The position numbers and the translations under genes are program-made. From Escherichia coli (GTDB lineage Bacteria; Pseudomonadota; Gammaproteobacteria; Enterobacterales; Enterobacteriaceae), in NCBI GenBank assembly GCA_005400705.1, contig GCA_005400705.1_4079.1: DNA of 64,000 nucleotides; one strand, 5' to 3'. Position 1 is the first letter of the stretch, and each line of letters begins with the position of its first letter. A model generated the notes under the pieces. That model was not told the DNA's origin and ran no database searches. It saw only the letters and a list, made by a program, of their open reading frames with translations. Shown in pieces: positions 37,537-46,535 of the stretch.

Positions 37537-37538
37537 TT

Positions 37539-37832
37539 ATGTCAGTACTGTTCAAAACCAATCCAGTACTTTGGGATCAAAATGAGCAATCAGGATTTCG
37601 TTCCATCCATGTTGAATACAAAGGTAATACTGTAGTTGCAATTATTGCTAACAAAACTCTAGGAAACTGGACTGCACAGGTTGTTCCTATGGGATATTCT
37701 TACACATCTGATGAGGTTCAATTCCTGGCTGAACTATATCGTCAAGTGCCGTTTATCATTAATGTACTAGAAGGTAATGATACATTATCACATGAAGATG
37801 TGATTAATTTTCTTGGAAACTTACATGTGTGA
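37539..37832 (+). CDS. hypothetical protein
   Basis: 97-aa tiling ORF. Confidence 0.55.
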   Translation: MSVLFKTNPVLWDQNEQSGFRSIHVEYKGNTVVAIIANKTLGNWTAQVVPMGYSYTSDEVQFLAELYRQVPFIINVLEGNDTLSHEDVINFLGNLHV

Positions 37833-38112
37833 TGAAATAAATCTTACAGGATATTTTTTACAAGAATCAATGATTAAATTTAGTGATAAATTTTCAGTAC
37901 TGGATGGTATCGAAATGTGGCATGTCAAACCACTGTTCCACACTTTCAGTAAAGAGCACAAAATGTTATTGACTGAAGCCAGTAAATCAAATAACATATG
38001 TGAAATCAAAATTGGTGTAAATGTCTATAAAGGGATGGTTATCTTTTTTGACAATAACAGCAACTACTTTTATATTGTTAAGGAGCATTACGTTGACAAA
38101 TACAAATACTAA
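37825..38112 (+). CDS. hypothetical protein
   Basis: ATG 37825 overlapping upstream TGA (ATGTGTGA). Confidence 0.5.
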   Translation: MCDEINLTGYFLQESMIKFSDKFSVLDGIEMWHVKPLFHTFSKEHKMLLTEASKSNNICEIKIGVNVYKGMVIFFDNNSNYFYIVKEHYVDKYKY

Positions 38113-38707
38113 TACATATTTCCGTTATCTTCGCTTAGGTCTTTCCCTACGTCCGATCCGTGGAAAGTGCGATTCACTCGCTGACCTTGACTATGCATAT
38201 GCATTACATCATGAAGGTGTACAGTATGTATTGGGTGATTATGGTGAATTTGAAGAAACAAATGACAGTACTGGAATTAATGCTGGTGTAGAAAATCTTA
38301 ACAACATTGCTAACAGTTCTCGCCATGACATTGTGTTACAGATTCAAAACTTTATTGAGCAGCACACAGGTAAACGTGTTTGGTGCTATGTCGGTACGGA
38401 TGCACAAATGTCAATTTCATTCGGTAACGATGAAGGATATGTTGCACAGCTTATTATGGATTTTGAATCTGAAGAGAAGTTTTTAGAATTCAAAGAAAAG
38501 ATTATTCAGTCACTTGTTGATATGGGTATCCCCGAAGATAAAATGCCAGAAGTCCAAAACATTGATGAATTTGTTTTGATTCCATCTGATGAGAAATATG
38601 ATGCAATGTTTACTGCTCTTAATATTCCAGGAGTTATTGTGGAGTACTTTGATGATGGTGATGATAGTATCTATATCGATCTAGATGACGATGACGACGA
38701 TGAATAA
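38093..38707 (+). CDS. hypothetical protein with poly-acidic C-terminal tail
   Basis: No ATG after upstream stop; start placed at in-frame TTG 38093, 7 nt after AAGGAG 38080-38085; C-terminus YFDDGDDSIYIDLDDDDDDE. Confidence 0.45.
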   Translation: MTNTNTNTYFRYLRLGLSLRPIRGKCDSLADLDYAYALHHEGVQYVLGDYGEFEETNDSTGINAGVENLNNIANSSRHDIVLQIQNFIEQHTGKRVWCYVGTDAQMSISFGNDEGYVAQLIMDFESEEKFLEFKEKIIQSLVDMGIPEDKMPEVQNIDEFVLIPSDEKYDAMFTALNIPGVIVEYFDDGDDSIYIDLDDDDDDE

Positions 38708-38713
38708 TGTACA

Positions 38714-38741
38714 TAGCCCGACATAAGTTCGGGCTATTTTT
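38714..38741 (+). terminator. rho-independent terminator
   Basis: Hairpin ATAGCCCGA-cataagt-TCGGGCTAT followed by TTTTT. Confidence 0.75.
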
Positions 38742-38753
38742 GTAAGGGGATAT

Positions 38754-39029
38754 ATGAATTATAAAGTTCTACAATATACATACAGTGTTTTGTTTGATTT
38801 ACATCACAATGGAAGATATCTCAATACAATACGAGAAAACACATTCACTCATACTATCTGGATTAATCACTTAATAATGATACGTGAATATTTTGTTAAT
38901 AGTGAGATAATCATTCGTGGTAAAAAACAGAAGATAGAACAAGTTAATAGTTTTGGTGGTAAATTAGTACTATCATTTATAGATAGTAATACTAATGAAA
39001 GATATAGTATAGATTTGGTGGACATATGA
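38754..39029 (+). CDS. family C small protein
   Basis: N-terminus MNYKVLQYTYSVLFDL. Confidence 0.6.
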   Translation: MNYKVLQYTYSVLFDLHHNGRYLNTIRENTFTHTIWINHLIMIREYFVNSEIIIRGKKQKIEQVNSFGGKLVLSFIDSNTNERYSIDLVDI

Positions 39030-39292
39030 ATTATAAAGATTTCCTACTAACATACAAGATTATTCGAGATTTAGCACACGACAATGATAGCCCTAGTCTA
39101 GAAGACACATGCACTGAAATGATTCATACAATTCGTGGTAAGATTAAAAAAAAATTCAGTACTGTTATTATTGGTGATGACCATGCAGAATTTTCTGATA
39201 TAATCATTAGACGTGATGGTAAAGTTGAGGTTCAGTACTACACTGATTTTGGATTTACCAGTATTCCGTTGGAGATATTCCCTTGGGATTAA
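39026..39292 (+). CDS. family C small protein
   Basis: N-terminus MNYKDFLLTYKIIRDL; ATGA overlap. Confidence 0.6.
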   Translation: MNYKDFLLTYKIIRDLAHDNDSPSLEDTCTEMIHTIRGKIKKKFSTVIIGDDHAEFSDIIIRRDGKVEVQYYTDFGFTSIPLEIFPWD

Positions 39293-39594
39293 ATTTAAAT
39301 GATATACAATTCACTTATAAGATCCTATATGATTTGTATGATTTATACCTTGTTAGTAACAAAATAGGTTCACATAACTCATCCAAAGAACAACCATTTA
39401 TTGATTTATATATTGAGTACTTAGATTCAGTAGGTGAATATATAAAAAAGAATTACAGTACTTTTAACGATGGAAATGATATATTCGAGTTCTCTGGAGT
39501 TAAATCATACAATGGGATTATCCATGTTGAATTTCTTGAAATAACCGATAGGGGATTTATCGAGATTAAAGTTGTGAAGTTGGTGAATTTATAA
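39283..39594 (+). CDS. family C small protein
   Basis: LNDIQFTYKILYDLYD; apparent TTG start after GGAG. Confidence 0.5.
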   Translation: MGLNLNDIQFTYKILYDLYDLYLVSNKIGSHNSSKEQPFIDLYIEYLDSVGEYIKKNYSTFNDGNDIFEFSGVKSYNGIIHVEFLEITDRGFIEIKVVKLVNL

Positions 39595-39604
39595 GAGGTT
39601 ACAT

Positions 39605-39916
39605 ATGTTATTAAATGATATACAATTCACATACAAATTTTTGTATATCCAATACGCTACGGTTGATGCTGGAGAATATCTCTACGGTGAAATCTATCGT
39701 TCGGTATGGATAAAGTTTTTGGATGAATTACATGAATATTACCATGATTTGTGTATAGTTCGTGATAATAAAATATACAAATTCCGCGATATTGTTAGTC
39801 ATAGCGGTAAGCTACGATTGGAATTAAGTACTGATAGTGATGTTGATTGGATTGGTGTAAATTTACTGGAGTTGGAGAATGAAAAACAACTTAAAGGAAA
39901 TACAAGTATTTTATAA
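39605..39916 (+). CDS. family C small protein
   Basis: N-terminus MLLNDIQFTYKFLYIQY; RBS GAGG. Confidence 0.6.
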   Translation: MLLNDIQFTYKFLYIQYATVDAGEYLYGEIYRSVWIKFLDELHEYYHDLCIVRDNKIYKFRDIVSHSGKLRLELSTDSDVDWIGVNLLELENEKQLKGNTSIL

Positions 39917-40163
39917 ATTCTTATACTTGTCATATGTAAAAGATGAGTACTATGAAAGTGTGTATTATTTTTTATGGCAACATTACCGTACTATAGTAAG
40001 AGATTTATATATAGGAAAATCTATCATATCCAATGGTGAAAAATGTATATGTACTGATGTTGTTAGTTTTAATGGTTCTTTAACACTGTGTTTCAGATGC
40101 GATAATAATAGTGGGTCATTTTCATTAAACGTATATCAGTTAGAAGGAATAAATTTTGAATAA
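39879..40163 (+). CDS. family C small protein
   Basis: EIQVFYKFLYLSY. Confidence 0.55.
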   Translation: MKNNLKEIQVFYKFLYLSYVKDEYYESVYYFLWQHYRTIVRDLYIGKSIISNGEKCICTDVVSFNGSLTLCFRCDNNSGSFSLNVYQLEGINFE

Positions 40164-40356
40164 ATGTCCATATTGTAACAGTACTCAATTAGCTCGTTTC
40201 CGTTTAGATTCAGACTGGGCGACTGGTGCTGGTGATTTCTTCCCTATTAATGATGATGCGGAATACACCGAAGAACAGCACAAAGATTTTGATAAATCAT
40301 GGCGACCTGACATTGAGTGCATTTATTGCCTTAATTGTGAGCGTGTTCATGACTAA
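40156..40356 (+). CDS. small zinc-ribbon protein
   Basis: Two CxxC pairs: CPYCNS and CIYCLNCERV. Confidence 0.55.
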   Translation: MNKCPYCNSTQLARFRLDSDWATGAGDFFPINDDAEYTEEQHKDFDKSWRPDIECIYCLNCERVHD

Positions 40357-40612
40357 AGCTGAACTAATAGTTCATACATATAAAATGATATCAAGTACTA
40401 AGTTATCATATAGTGAAGATAATCCAGTACTGGATTATTTTGTTGAATTATTGAAAGAGCATTATATTGGTAAATCACTGATTCTTAATAATATTAATTT
40501 CACGGTAAAGGATGTAGCACCTGGAAAAAACGTACTAATAGTATGTGTTACTTCATCTGATAACCCAGTATACCCAATATCAATAATTTTTGAGATATTA
40601 GGAGATTTATGA
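40349..40612 (+). CDS. family C-like small protein
   Basis: ATG 40349 overlapping upstream stop; MTKAELIVHTYKMI ... EHYIGKSLI. Confidence 0.5.
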   Translation: MTKAELIVHTYKMISSTKLSYSEDNPVLDYFVELLKEHYIGKSLILNNINFTVKDVAPGKNVLIVCVTSSDNPVYPISIIFEILGDL

Positions 40613-40899
40613 ATATCATTTTAATGCAGAAAACATATGCTATATTGGTGAAAGATTATTCCATTACTTTCGATTCACAAGAAAGTGCTCTACATAACCT
40701 ATACAAAAACGTAACACAAGAATACAGAAATATGTTTTCTGACTTAGTAGTAGGAAGGTATTTCAGTACTAGAAAATACCCAAAACTTCAAATAGTTGAT
40801 GTTTCTTTTTATTTCAATGGTCATATTACTATTCATAGTTTAGACCAAGATTCAACAACGTACTTAAACTTTTCATTTGATGAGGTAACATTTTTATGA
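40609..40899 (+). CDS. family C small protein
   Basis: MNIILMQKTYAILVKDY; ATGA overlap. Confidence 0.6.
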   Translation: MNIILMQKTYAILVKDYSITFDSQESALHNLYKNVTQEYRNMFSDLVVGRYFSTRKYPKLQIVDVSFYFNGHITIHSLDQDSTTYLNFSFDEVTFL

Positions 40900-41072
40900 G
40901 AACAGTATTTTTTATCTGGAGTCTTTTTTCATTGGCAGTACTGACAGTATGTGGGATTTGTTTCCTTTCATCAATTAATACTTGGTATATCAATTTACTA
41001 TTTCCATTTGTCTGTGTTGGTTTAGGGTTTACTTTGCATAGTGTATGTAAGGATTACAATGAGAACAAATGA
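40896..41072 (+). CDS. small membrane protein (58 aa, absent from ORF track)
   Basis: ATG 40896 in ATGA overlap with upstream stop; two hydrophobic segments (FFIWSLFSLAVLTVCGICFL, LLFPFVCVGLGF). Confidence 0.45.
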   Translation: MRTVFFIWSLFSLAVLTVCGICFLSSINTWYINLLFPFVCVGLGFTLHSVCKDYNENK

Positions 41073-41337
41073 AGTACTTATTGCTGAAACAATGAAGATG
41101 ATTTACAATATCACGTCAGCACAGAATATGCCCTATCCAACTAAGTCTTTATTGAGGACTGTGTATCTGGGGATAGTACAGGAGTACTACAAATCCAAGC
41201 ACCGAAGCATTATTAGTGTTTATCGTGATTATGAAAGGATTCGTATTTTATTCTGGAACAAGAATCGAGTACGTTCTGAATGTGACCTAGTGGACTTTAA
41301 ATTAGAGAATCTTTATTGCTATAAACAGGGACAATAG
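41059..41337 (+). CDS. family A-like small protein
   Basis: ATG 41059 after AAGGA; motif YLGIVQEYY. Confidence 0.5.
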   Translation: MRTNEVLIAETMKMIYNITSAQNMPYPTKSLLRTVYLGIVQEYYKSKHRSIISVYRDYERIRILFWNKNRVRSECDLVDFKLENLYCYKQGQ

Positions 41338-41345
41338 TTTAATTC

Positions 41346-41354
41346 ATGATATAA
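41346..41354 (+). promoter_or_regulatory. extended -10 box TGATATAAT
   Basis: Exact TGATATAAT about 40 nt upstream of ATG 41396; no good -35. Confidence 0.4.
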
Positions 41355-41395
41355 TAATGGGTAAGGAACAATAATTAACACAAGGAGTGTGTGAA

Positions 41396-42124
41396 ATGCT
41401 TGACCGTATCCGTTTCGCTACAGAGATGGCGAATGAATTAAACATGGCAAATTTCCAAATGTTAACATCAGTAATGGCTGAACATGCATGTGCTTATTCT
41501 GTAAGTGGTGTGCAGTGTGGTCAGGAGAATATGTTAGCAGATGTTTATAGTGAAGTGCAAAGTAAGCAATATAGTGTAAAGACATATAAGGATAAGTTTG
41601 TTAGTCTTTATATGAACGAAGATATTGCCGAAGACCGTAAATTCACTGATTTTATTATTGAACGACGAGTATCAGGTGTATCTAATCCTAATGCATCAAG
41701 CGAGGAAGTTTTTGCAGAAGTACTGAAAGATATATACGAAAATGAATTAAAAAGTAAGAATCATTACAATGTACGTGAAACTAACACAGTGCTCTTGGGA
41801 TATGATGAAGACGAAGAATACTATTATTTTCGTATGACTGAAGTTCCTTTTGAATACAAATCTCCATATACAACTACAGTGAAAGAATTTACTGAAAAAA
41901 GTAAAAACTTCATGAAGCATGAAGGAAATCGTTGTAGTATAAATGGTTACGACGAAAATGGCATTCACATTTATGAATGGGTTCACCCAAATTGTCAGAC
42001 ATACACTCGTTGCTTGAAAAAACGTTATAATTTAGAAGAGCATGAATCATTCTATTTTAAAGTTAAGAAGCAAGGTTACACTCGCCCCGCCGATTCTGAA
42101 TTGATGGGTATGATATATTTCTAA
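41396..42124 (+). CDS. hypothetical protein
   Basis: ATG 41396 nine nt after AAGGAG 41382-41387; 242 aa. Confidence 0.6.
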   Translation: MLDRIRFATEMANELNMANFQMLTSVMAEHACAYSVSGVQCGQENMLADVYSEVQSKQYSVKTYKDKFVSLYMNEDIAEDRKFTDFIIERRVSGVSNPNASSEEVFAEVLKDIYENELKSKNHYNVRETNTVLLGYDEDEEYYYFRMTEVPFEYKSPYTTTVKEFTEKSKNFMKHEGNRCSINGYDENGIHIYEWVHPNCQTYTRCLKKRYNLEEHESFYFKVKKQGYTRPADSELMGMIYF

Positions 42125-42134
42125 GGAAACTTCT

Positions 42135-42416
42135 ATGGATTTTTATCTACACACATGGACATACGAACAATATATTACATTATATCTTGAAATTATTAAC
42201 ACAGAACCTAGGTGTGGTTGTTGGTTCGCAGATATCATAAAAGAGTATGCTGACGAGTTCGAGTTTGTGTATCTTGGGTCTGATATATTTGTAAAAAGTG
42301 TAGGTAAAACCGGACGAATCACTGATATAGATTACGACACTGTTAGTGTGAATTTCTATGTTGATTTTCCTGATGCTGGCGTTGATGGTGTATATTGTCT
42401 TTATGAAATAATTTAA
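42135..42416 (+). CDS. hypothetical protein
   Basis: 93-aa ORF followed by terminator. Confidence 0.55.
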   Translation: MDFYLHTWTYEQYITLYLEIINTEPRCGCWFADIIKEYADEFEFVYLGSDIFVKSVGKTGRITDIDYDTVSVNFYVDFPDAGVDGVYCLYEII

Positions 42417-42423
42417 ATTCTTA

Positions 42424-42447
42424 GGCCAGCGTTTGCTGGTCTTTTTT
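42424..42447 (+). terminator. rho-independent terminator
   Basis: Hairpin GGCCAGC-gttt-GCTGGTC followed by T6. Confidence 0.75.
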
Positions 42448-42460
42448 CGCAGGTACAAAG

Positions 42461-42763
42461 ATGTTCAGTATAGATTTAATTAACAGTACTATCAAAATGT
42501 TGGCTGATTTGGTGAGACAATCAAATGGAACTTTATATTCTGCAATGTATAAAATGTTTGACCGATATATCAAGGATTGTAACATATCATTATATGGACT
42601 TGCTGTTGATATAGACGATTACTATGGAATTAATACTTCATATAAAACAGGAATTTTAATTGGTATTAATATAAAGATGGGGTATTTCCCTTATTACTGT
42701 ATAGGATTACCAGATAATACTTTGGTAGAATATCCAGCCAGTACTATTAAATTAAGAGGATAA
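42461..42763 (+). CDS. hypothetical protein
   Basis: 100-aa tiling ORF. Confidence 0.55.
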   Translation: MFSIDLINSTIKMLADLVRQSNGTLYSAMYKMFDRYIKDCNISLYGLAVDIDDYYGINTSYKTGILIGINIKMGYFPYYCIGLPDNTLVEYPASTIKLRG

Positions 42764-42770
42764 AACTAAA

Positions 42771-43349
42771 ATGAATGTATTAGAATTAAGTACTAAGCTG
42801 ATTAGTATGCGTAATGAGTGGTACGATTGGTTTTATAATGGTACTGATATGGATTTTTCAAAATATCCATTTATGGAATCAGGATGTGATGCAAGATACC
42901 GCTGGTTGAGCAAAGATTGTTCTGGTTTACATATTCTAGTTGACGATAGTGGTCAGGGAATTATAAAAGATTTACTTCAAGTTGAACAACTCGTCCATGA
43001 TAATTGGTGTGATAACGATCCATACCTTGGAAATATGATTTATGTAAGTGAAGATGATTGCATATTCGTTATCCAGCGTCATGGTAATTCTATGTTTTAT
43101 GTAGCAGACAGCAGTACTCCAGAAGGTGCAGCAGCCGATGGTCTTATGCCTAAGATTGATATATTGGAATTTGGATTACCTGAGCACTTCCAGATTAGTA
43201 CTTTATACGATATTCCACCACTTGAGTTCTTTGAAGAATTTAAATTGTACTACAATGATCTTCAAAAATTGAGTACTGATCGACGCATTGAAATAACTGT
43301 TAAGTACATGGACGGAACGAAATTAACTGATACGGGGATAGAATTTTGA
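42771..43349 (+). CDS. family B protein
   Basis: Core PEHFQISTLYD; isolated from the main array. Confidence 0.6.
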   Translation: MNVLELSTKLISMRNEWYDWFYNGTDMDFSKYPFMESGCDARYRWLSKDCSGLHILVDDSGQGIIKDLLQVEQLVHDNWCDNDPYLGNMIYVSEDDCIFVIQRHGNSMFYVADSSTPEGAAADGLMPKIDILEFGLPEHFQISTLYDIPPLEFFEEFKLYYNDLQKLSTDRRIEITVKYMDGTKLTDTGIEF

Positions 43350-44035
43350 TTAAAGATTTAGATAGAATTTTATATGTACTAAGGGGTGTAATTACATTAC
43401 ATCCACAAATCAATCGAATTGAAAGTACATTTCAGTTGGAGTCAAGAGAAACTCCATATTCACATATATCAAATGTAGTTGGTTCACTCAGTACTGAAGA
43501 CTCGCCTTACGATATTTGTGTATGTGAAGTACAACCAAGTTCGGATCTTGGATTTGCTATTTTTGATAAAAATCAAAATCTCATTAGTATGTTTCAGTGC
43601 AATAATCCTTTTTGGAAAACATGCCTGTATCCAGAGTGGGCGATGCTTGATCCAACCAAGAGTACCATTAAAGTTTATGACTCTAAAAATGATGAAGTCG
43701 TTATTGATTTGGATGAGTCAATGTCAGAGGAAGAACACTTTCAGCTAATGATGATGCGTGCTATGCCTGAGTACAATGCAATGATTAACACTGTGCAATA
43801 CATTAAGGATACTATGCCATCATTGCGTACACATGAGTTTTGTCATCCTGTATTGTATGAACATTTGGATTTAGATTTCAGTACTATTAAATTTAAAGAT
43901 AGTGTTATTAGATATATCCAAGAGGTTACTAAATTTGATTTTATTAGTACTATGAACAATAATCCAAAAACTAATTTTAGGCATCAGTACAATGAATCTT
44001 TGTCCGGTGGACGCGATACAAGTTGGTGGAAATAA
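43346..44035 (+). CDS. family B protein
   Basis: Core EEEHFQLMMMR; ATGA overlap. Confidence 0.6.
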   Translation: MIKDLDRILYVLRGVITLHPQINRIESTFQLESRETPYSHISNVVGSLSTEDSPYDICVCEVQPSSDLGFAIFDKNQNLISMFQCNNPFWKTCLYPEWAMLDPTKSTIKVYDSKNDEVVIDLDESMSEEEHFQLMMMRAMPEYNAMINTVQYIKDTMPSLRTHEFCHPVLYEHLDLDFSTIKFKDSVIRYIQEVTKFDFISTMNNNPKTNFRHQYNESLSGGRDTSWWK

Positions 44036-44036
44036 T

Positions 44037-44300
44037 ATGAATATTAAAGATAGATTACAATTACTATACACTATTGAACAGGCTGCTTTTGAACTTGTTA
44101 ATAAAATCTCCGAAGAACTTCCCAAAGGAACTATAGTTCGTGTAATTGAGAGGGATTATGAATCTGGAGAAATTGAAGAACTAGTACTAACCGTGAATAA
44201 AGTAACATACTATGAATCTGAGTTGGCTATCCAATGTATATCGGAAGATGGTAAAATATACTATTATGACACTGGTGTAGATATAGAGGTAATAAAATGA
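44037..44300 (+). CDS. hypothetical protein
   Basis: ATG 44037 after GGTGGA. Confidence 0.5.
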   Translation: MNIKDRLQLLYTIEQAAFELVNKISEELPKGTIVRVIERDYESGEIEELVLTVNKVTYYESELAIQCISEDGKIYYYDTGVDIEVIK

Positions 44301-45439
44301 CCCTTTTACAAATATATGAAGATTTAATGCACTTATGTAATACAAACGATGCGTTTTTTTATGTGGATCATAAAAGTCCTGCTGGTGGTACGTATCGTGT
44401 ATTCAGTTATCGTCTAGCATCATACACTGATTTCATGCAACCAAATGCGTTGGAAACCCGTGGCTCTATGTGGGAAATTGATGAAGAAGGTGACATGATA
44501 CGTTGTGCAGCACGTACAATGAAAAAGTTCTTCAATGCTTACGAGAATCCTGCTACAATGTTCCCTGCTAACACCACATGCGATGACATTGCGGTAGTGA
44601 TGCCTAAGTTGGATGGTTCGATTATCAGTACTTATCGTGATAATGATGGTGAGATTCGTTGTAAATCACATACTGCATTGTATTCTGACCATGCGATTAA
44701 CAGTACTCGACTTATTAACGAGAACCAGAATTTGTACCAGTACATCGACGAAGCGGAACGTTTAGGTTACACAGTTAATATGGAGTATACAAGCCCAGAG
44801 TACCGAATTGTATTACCATATCAGGTAGAACAACTGTTTGTACTGAACGTTCGACATCGTGTGAGTGGTGAGTTGCTATGTGGTAAAGCACTACGTGATA
44901 AGTTTCCATGTCTTGCACAGTACAGTACTAATATGACTGGAAAAGATATTCATCACACTTTTCCGGTACGAAATACCTTCCGTGAAAGCGTGGAGGAAGT
45001 TCATAAAATGCTTGATATTGAGGGTTTTGTGTGCATCCTAAATAATGGGACAATGTGTAAAATAAAGACTGACTGGTACAGTTCATTACATCTTACAAAA
45101 GATAGTATTATTATTGATTCTCATTTATATGAAGCCGTATTAAATGGTTCAAGTGATGATTTAAAACAATTGTTCAGTACTGATGAATATGCTATGCAAA
45201 AGATATTAAGAATGGAACAATTGGTATTTTCGTGCTATAATGCATTACAAGATGAAGTAGAAAGCTTCGTCAAGGAACACAAGCACTTGGAGCGAAAGGA
45301 ATTCGCAATGAAGGTTCAGGAGTGTTTAACTAATGAACTGAATCGTCAGGGCTTGGCCTTTGCAATGTATAACAATAAGAAAGTTGATTACAAAGAGACT
45401 CTTATAAAATACATGAAAATTGTACTAAAGGATTTTTAG
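44297..45439 (+). CDS. rnlA: RNA ligase 1 (T4 RnlA-like)
   Basis: Remembered similarity to T4 Rnl1: N-terminal TYRVFSYRLASYTDF, RGSMWE and lysine-adenylation motif PKLDGSIIS; length 380 aa. Confidence 0.8.
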   Translation: MTLLQIYEDLMHLCNTNDAFFYVDHKSPAGGTYRVFSYRLASYTDFMQPNALETRGSMWEIDEEGDMIRCAARTMKKFFNAYENPATMFPANTTCDDIAVVMPKLDGSIISTYRDNDGEIRCKSHTALYSDHAINSTRLINENQNLYQYIDEAERLGYTVNMEYTSPEYRIVLPYQVEQLFVLNVRHRVSGELLCGKALRDKFPCLAQYSTNMTGKDIHHTFPVRNTFRESVEEVHKMLDIEGFVCILNNGTMCKIKTDWYSSLHLTKDSIIIDSHLYEAVLNGSSDDLKQLFSTDEYAMQKILRMEQLVFSCYNALQDEVESFVKEHKHLERKEFAMKVQECLTNELNRQGLAFAMYNNKKVDYKETLIKYMKIVLKDF

Positions 45440-45469
45440 TACTATCTAGCCTAAGCACAAGGAGAAGTG

Positions 45470-45724
45470 ATGGCTAAACCTAAGTATAAAAATGACGGTT
45501 CCCTTTCTCCGACTGAGTTCAGGAAAATACAAGAAGAAATCGATGAATTACAGCACAAACGCTCAATGAAAGGTGTGAAGATAAGTAAGAAACGAATCGA
45601 GAATACCTTCGGATGTAGTAGTACTGAATACAAGAAGAAAAGGAAACCAAAAGGTGTTAAGCCGAGAATACATGATGTAACTCGCTATACATCGAAACGT
45701 GAAAATAAATTTGATCCACTATAA
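45470..45724 (+). CDS. small basic protein
   Basis: ATG 45470 five nt after AAGGAG; lysine/arginine-rich. Confidence 0.55.
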   Translation: MAKPKYKNDGSLSPTEFRKIQEEIDELQHKRSMKGVKISKKRIENTFGCSSTEYKKKRKPKGVKPRIHDVTRYTSKRENKFDPL

Positions 45725-45733
45725 GGAGTTCAT

Positions 45734-45964
45734 ATGAAAGTTGAAGTTCAGCATAGTATTGTTCAGGATATGTCAGTAGTTAAATTTCTTTCTCTGAAAG
45801 ATTACTTCAGATGTATCAAGTTCCTAGAAGAATCTCAATTACAGTGGACCCCATTAAAGTACAGTTCATCCAATGATACAGCTAGTATTCGTTGTGATGA
45901 ATCTGTACTTGTGAAAATCTCCAAACGATTTGGAGTAGGAAAAGTTAATGAGCACAGTAAGTGA
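45734..45964 (+). CDS. hypothetical small protein
   Basis: 76-aa ORF after AAGGAG. Confidence 0.55.
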   Translation: MKVEVQHSIVQDMSVVKFLSLKDYFRCIKFLEESQLQWTPLKYSSSNDTASIRCDESVLVKISKRFGVGKVNEHSK

Positions 45965-46202
45965 CCTAAAATACTACAACAAAACTGCGGATACGTTTAT
46001 TACTCATTTATATGAAGAATTTAGTCGTATCCGTAAGGAATATACAGGTAAATGTATTTTATATAGTTCTTATCATAGTGGTGGAATTGAAAGTGCTTAC
46101 ATTACTAAAGTGAAGTTTTCTGATGACTATCAATTACTCTTTGAATTAGATGATTGTTTCGTTATTGAAGCTTGTTTGATAGTGGATGTTCTAGATAATT
46201 GA
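45948..46202 (+). CDS. family D-like small protein
   Basis: Motif KEYTGKCILYSSY. Confidence 0.5.
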   Translation: MSTVSDLKYYNKTADTFITHLYEEFSRIRKEYTGKCILYSSYHSGGIESAYITKVKFSDDYQLLFELDDCFVIEACLIVDVLDN

Positions 46203-46208
46203 GGACAT

Positions 46209-46523
46209 ATGAATAAAGAACTTGCATTTGAGAGGATCGAAAAGTTAAAGTACATTGAAAAGGAACTAATAAAATCTGTCGAATCAATGGTCGAAGATTA
46301 CGTTTTCGATTTTAAGAAAACATTGATTGGATGTAAAGTTAAATGCTGGGATCATACAATCAGAGAATGGTTCAGTACTATAATTCTTGATGTTAAAGTA
46401 TCGCGTACTGCTATTGGTAATTTAGTAAATGGTGAATGCTTTGTATACACTGAATACAATAACGGAACAAGAAACCTTTCAAGAGGATGGCACAAACTCG
46501 AAGATGTAGAATTCATTGAGTAA
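46209..46523 (+). CDS. family D small protein
   Basis: Motif KTLIGCKVKCWDH; RBS GAGGA. Confidence 0.55.
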   Translation: MNKELAFERIEKLKYIEKELIKSVESMVEDYVFDFKKTLIGCKVKCWDHTIREWFSTIILDVKVSRTAIGNLVNGECFVYTEYNNGTRNLSRGWHKLEDVEFIE

Positions 46524-46535
46524 CAAGGAGTAATA

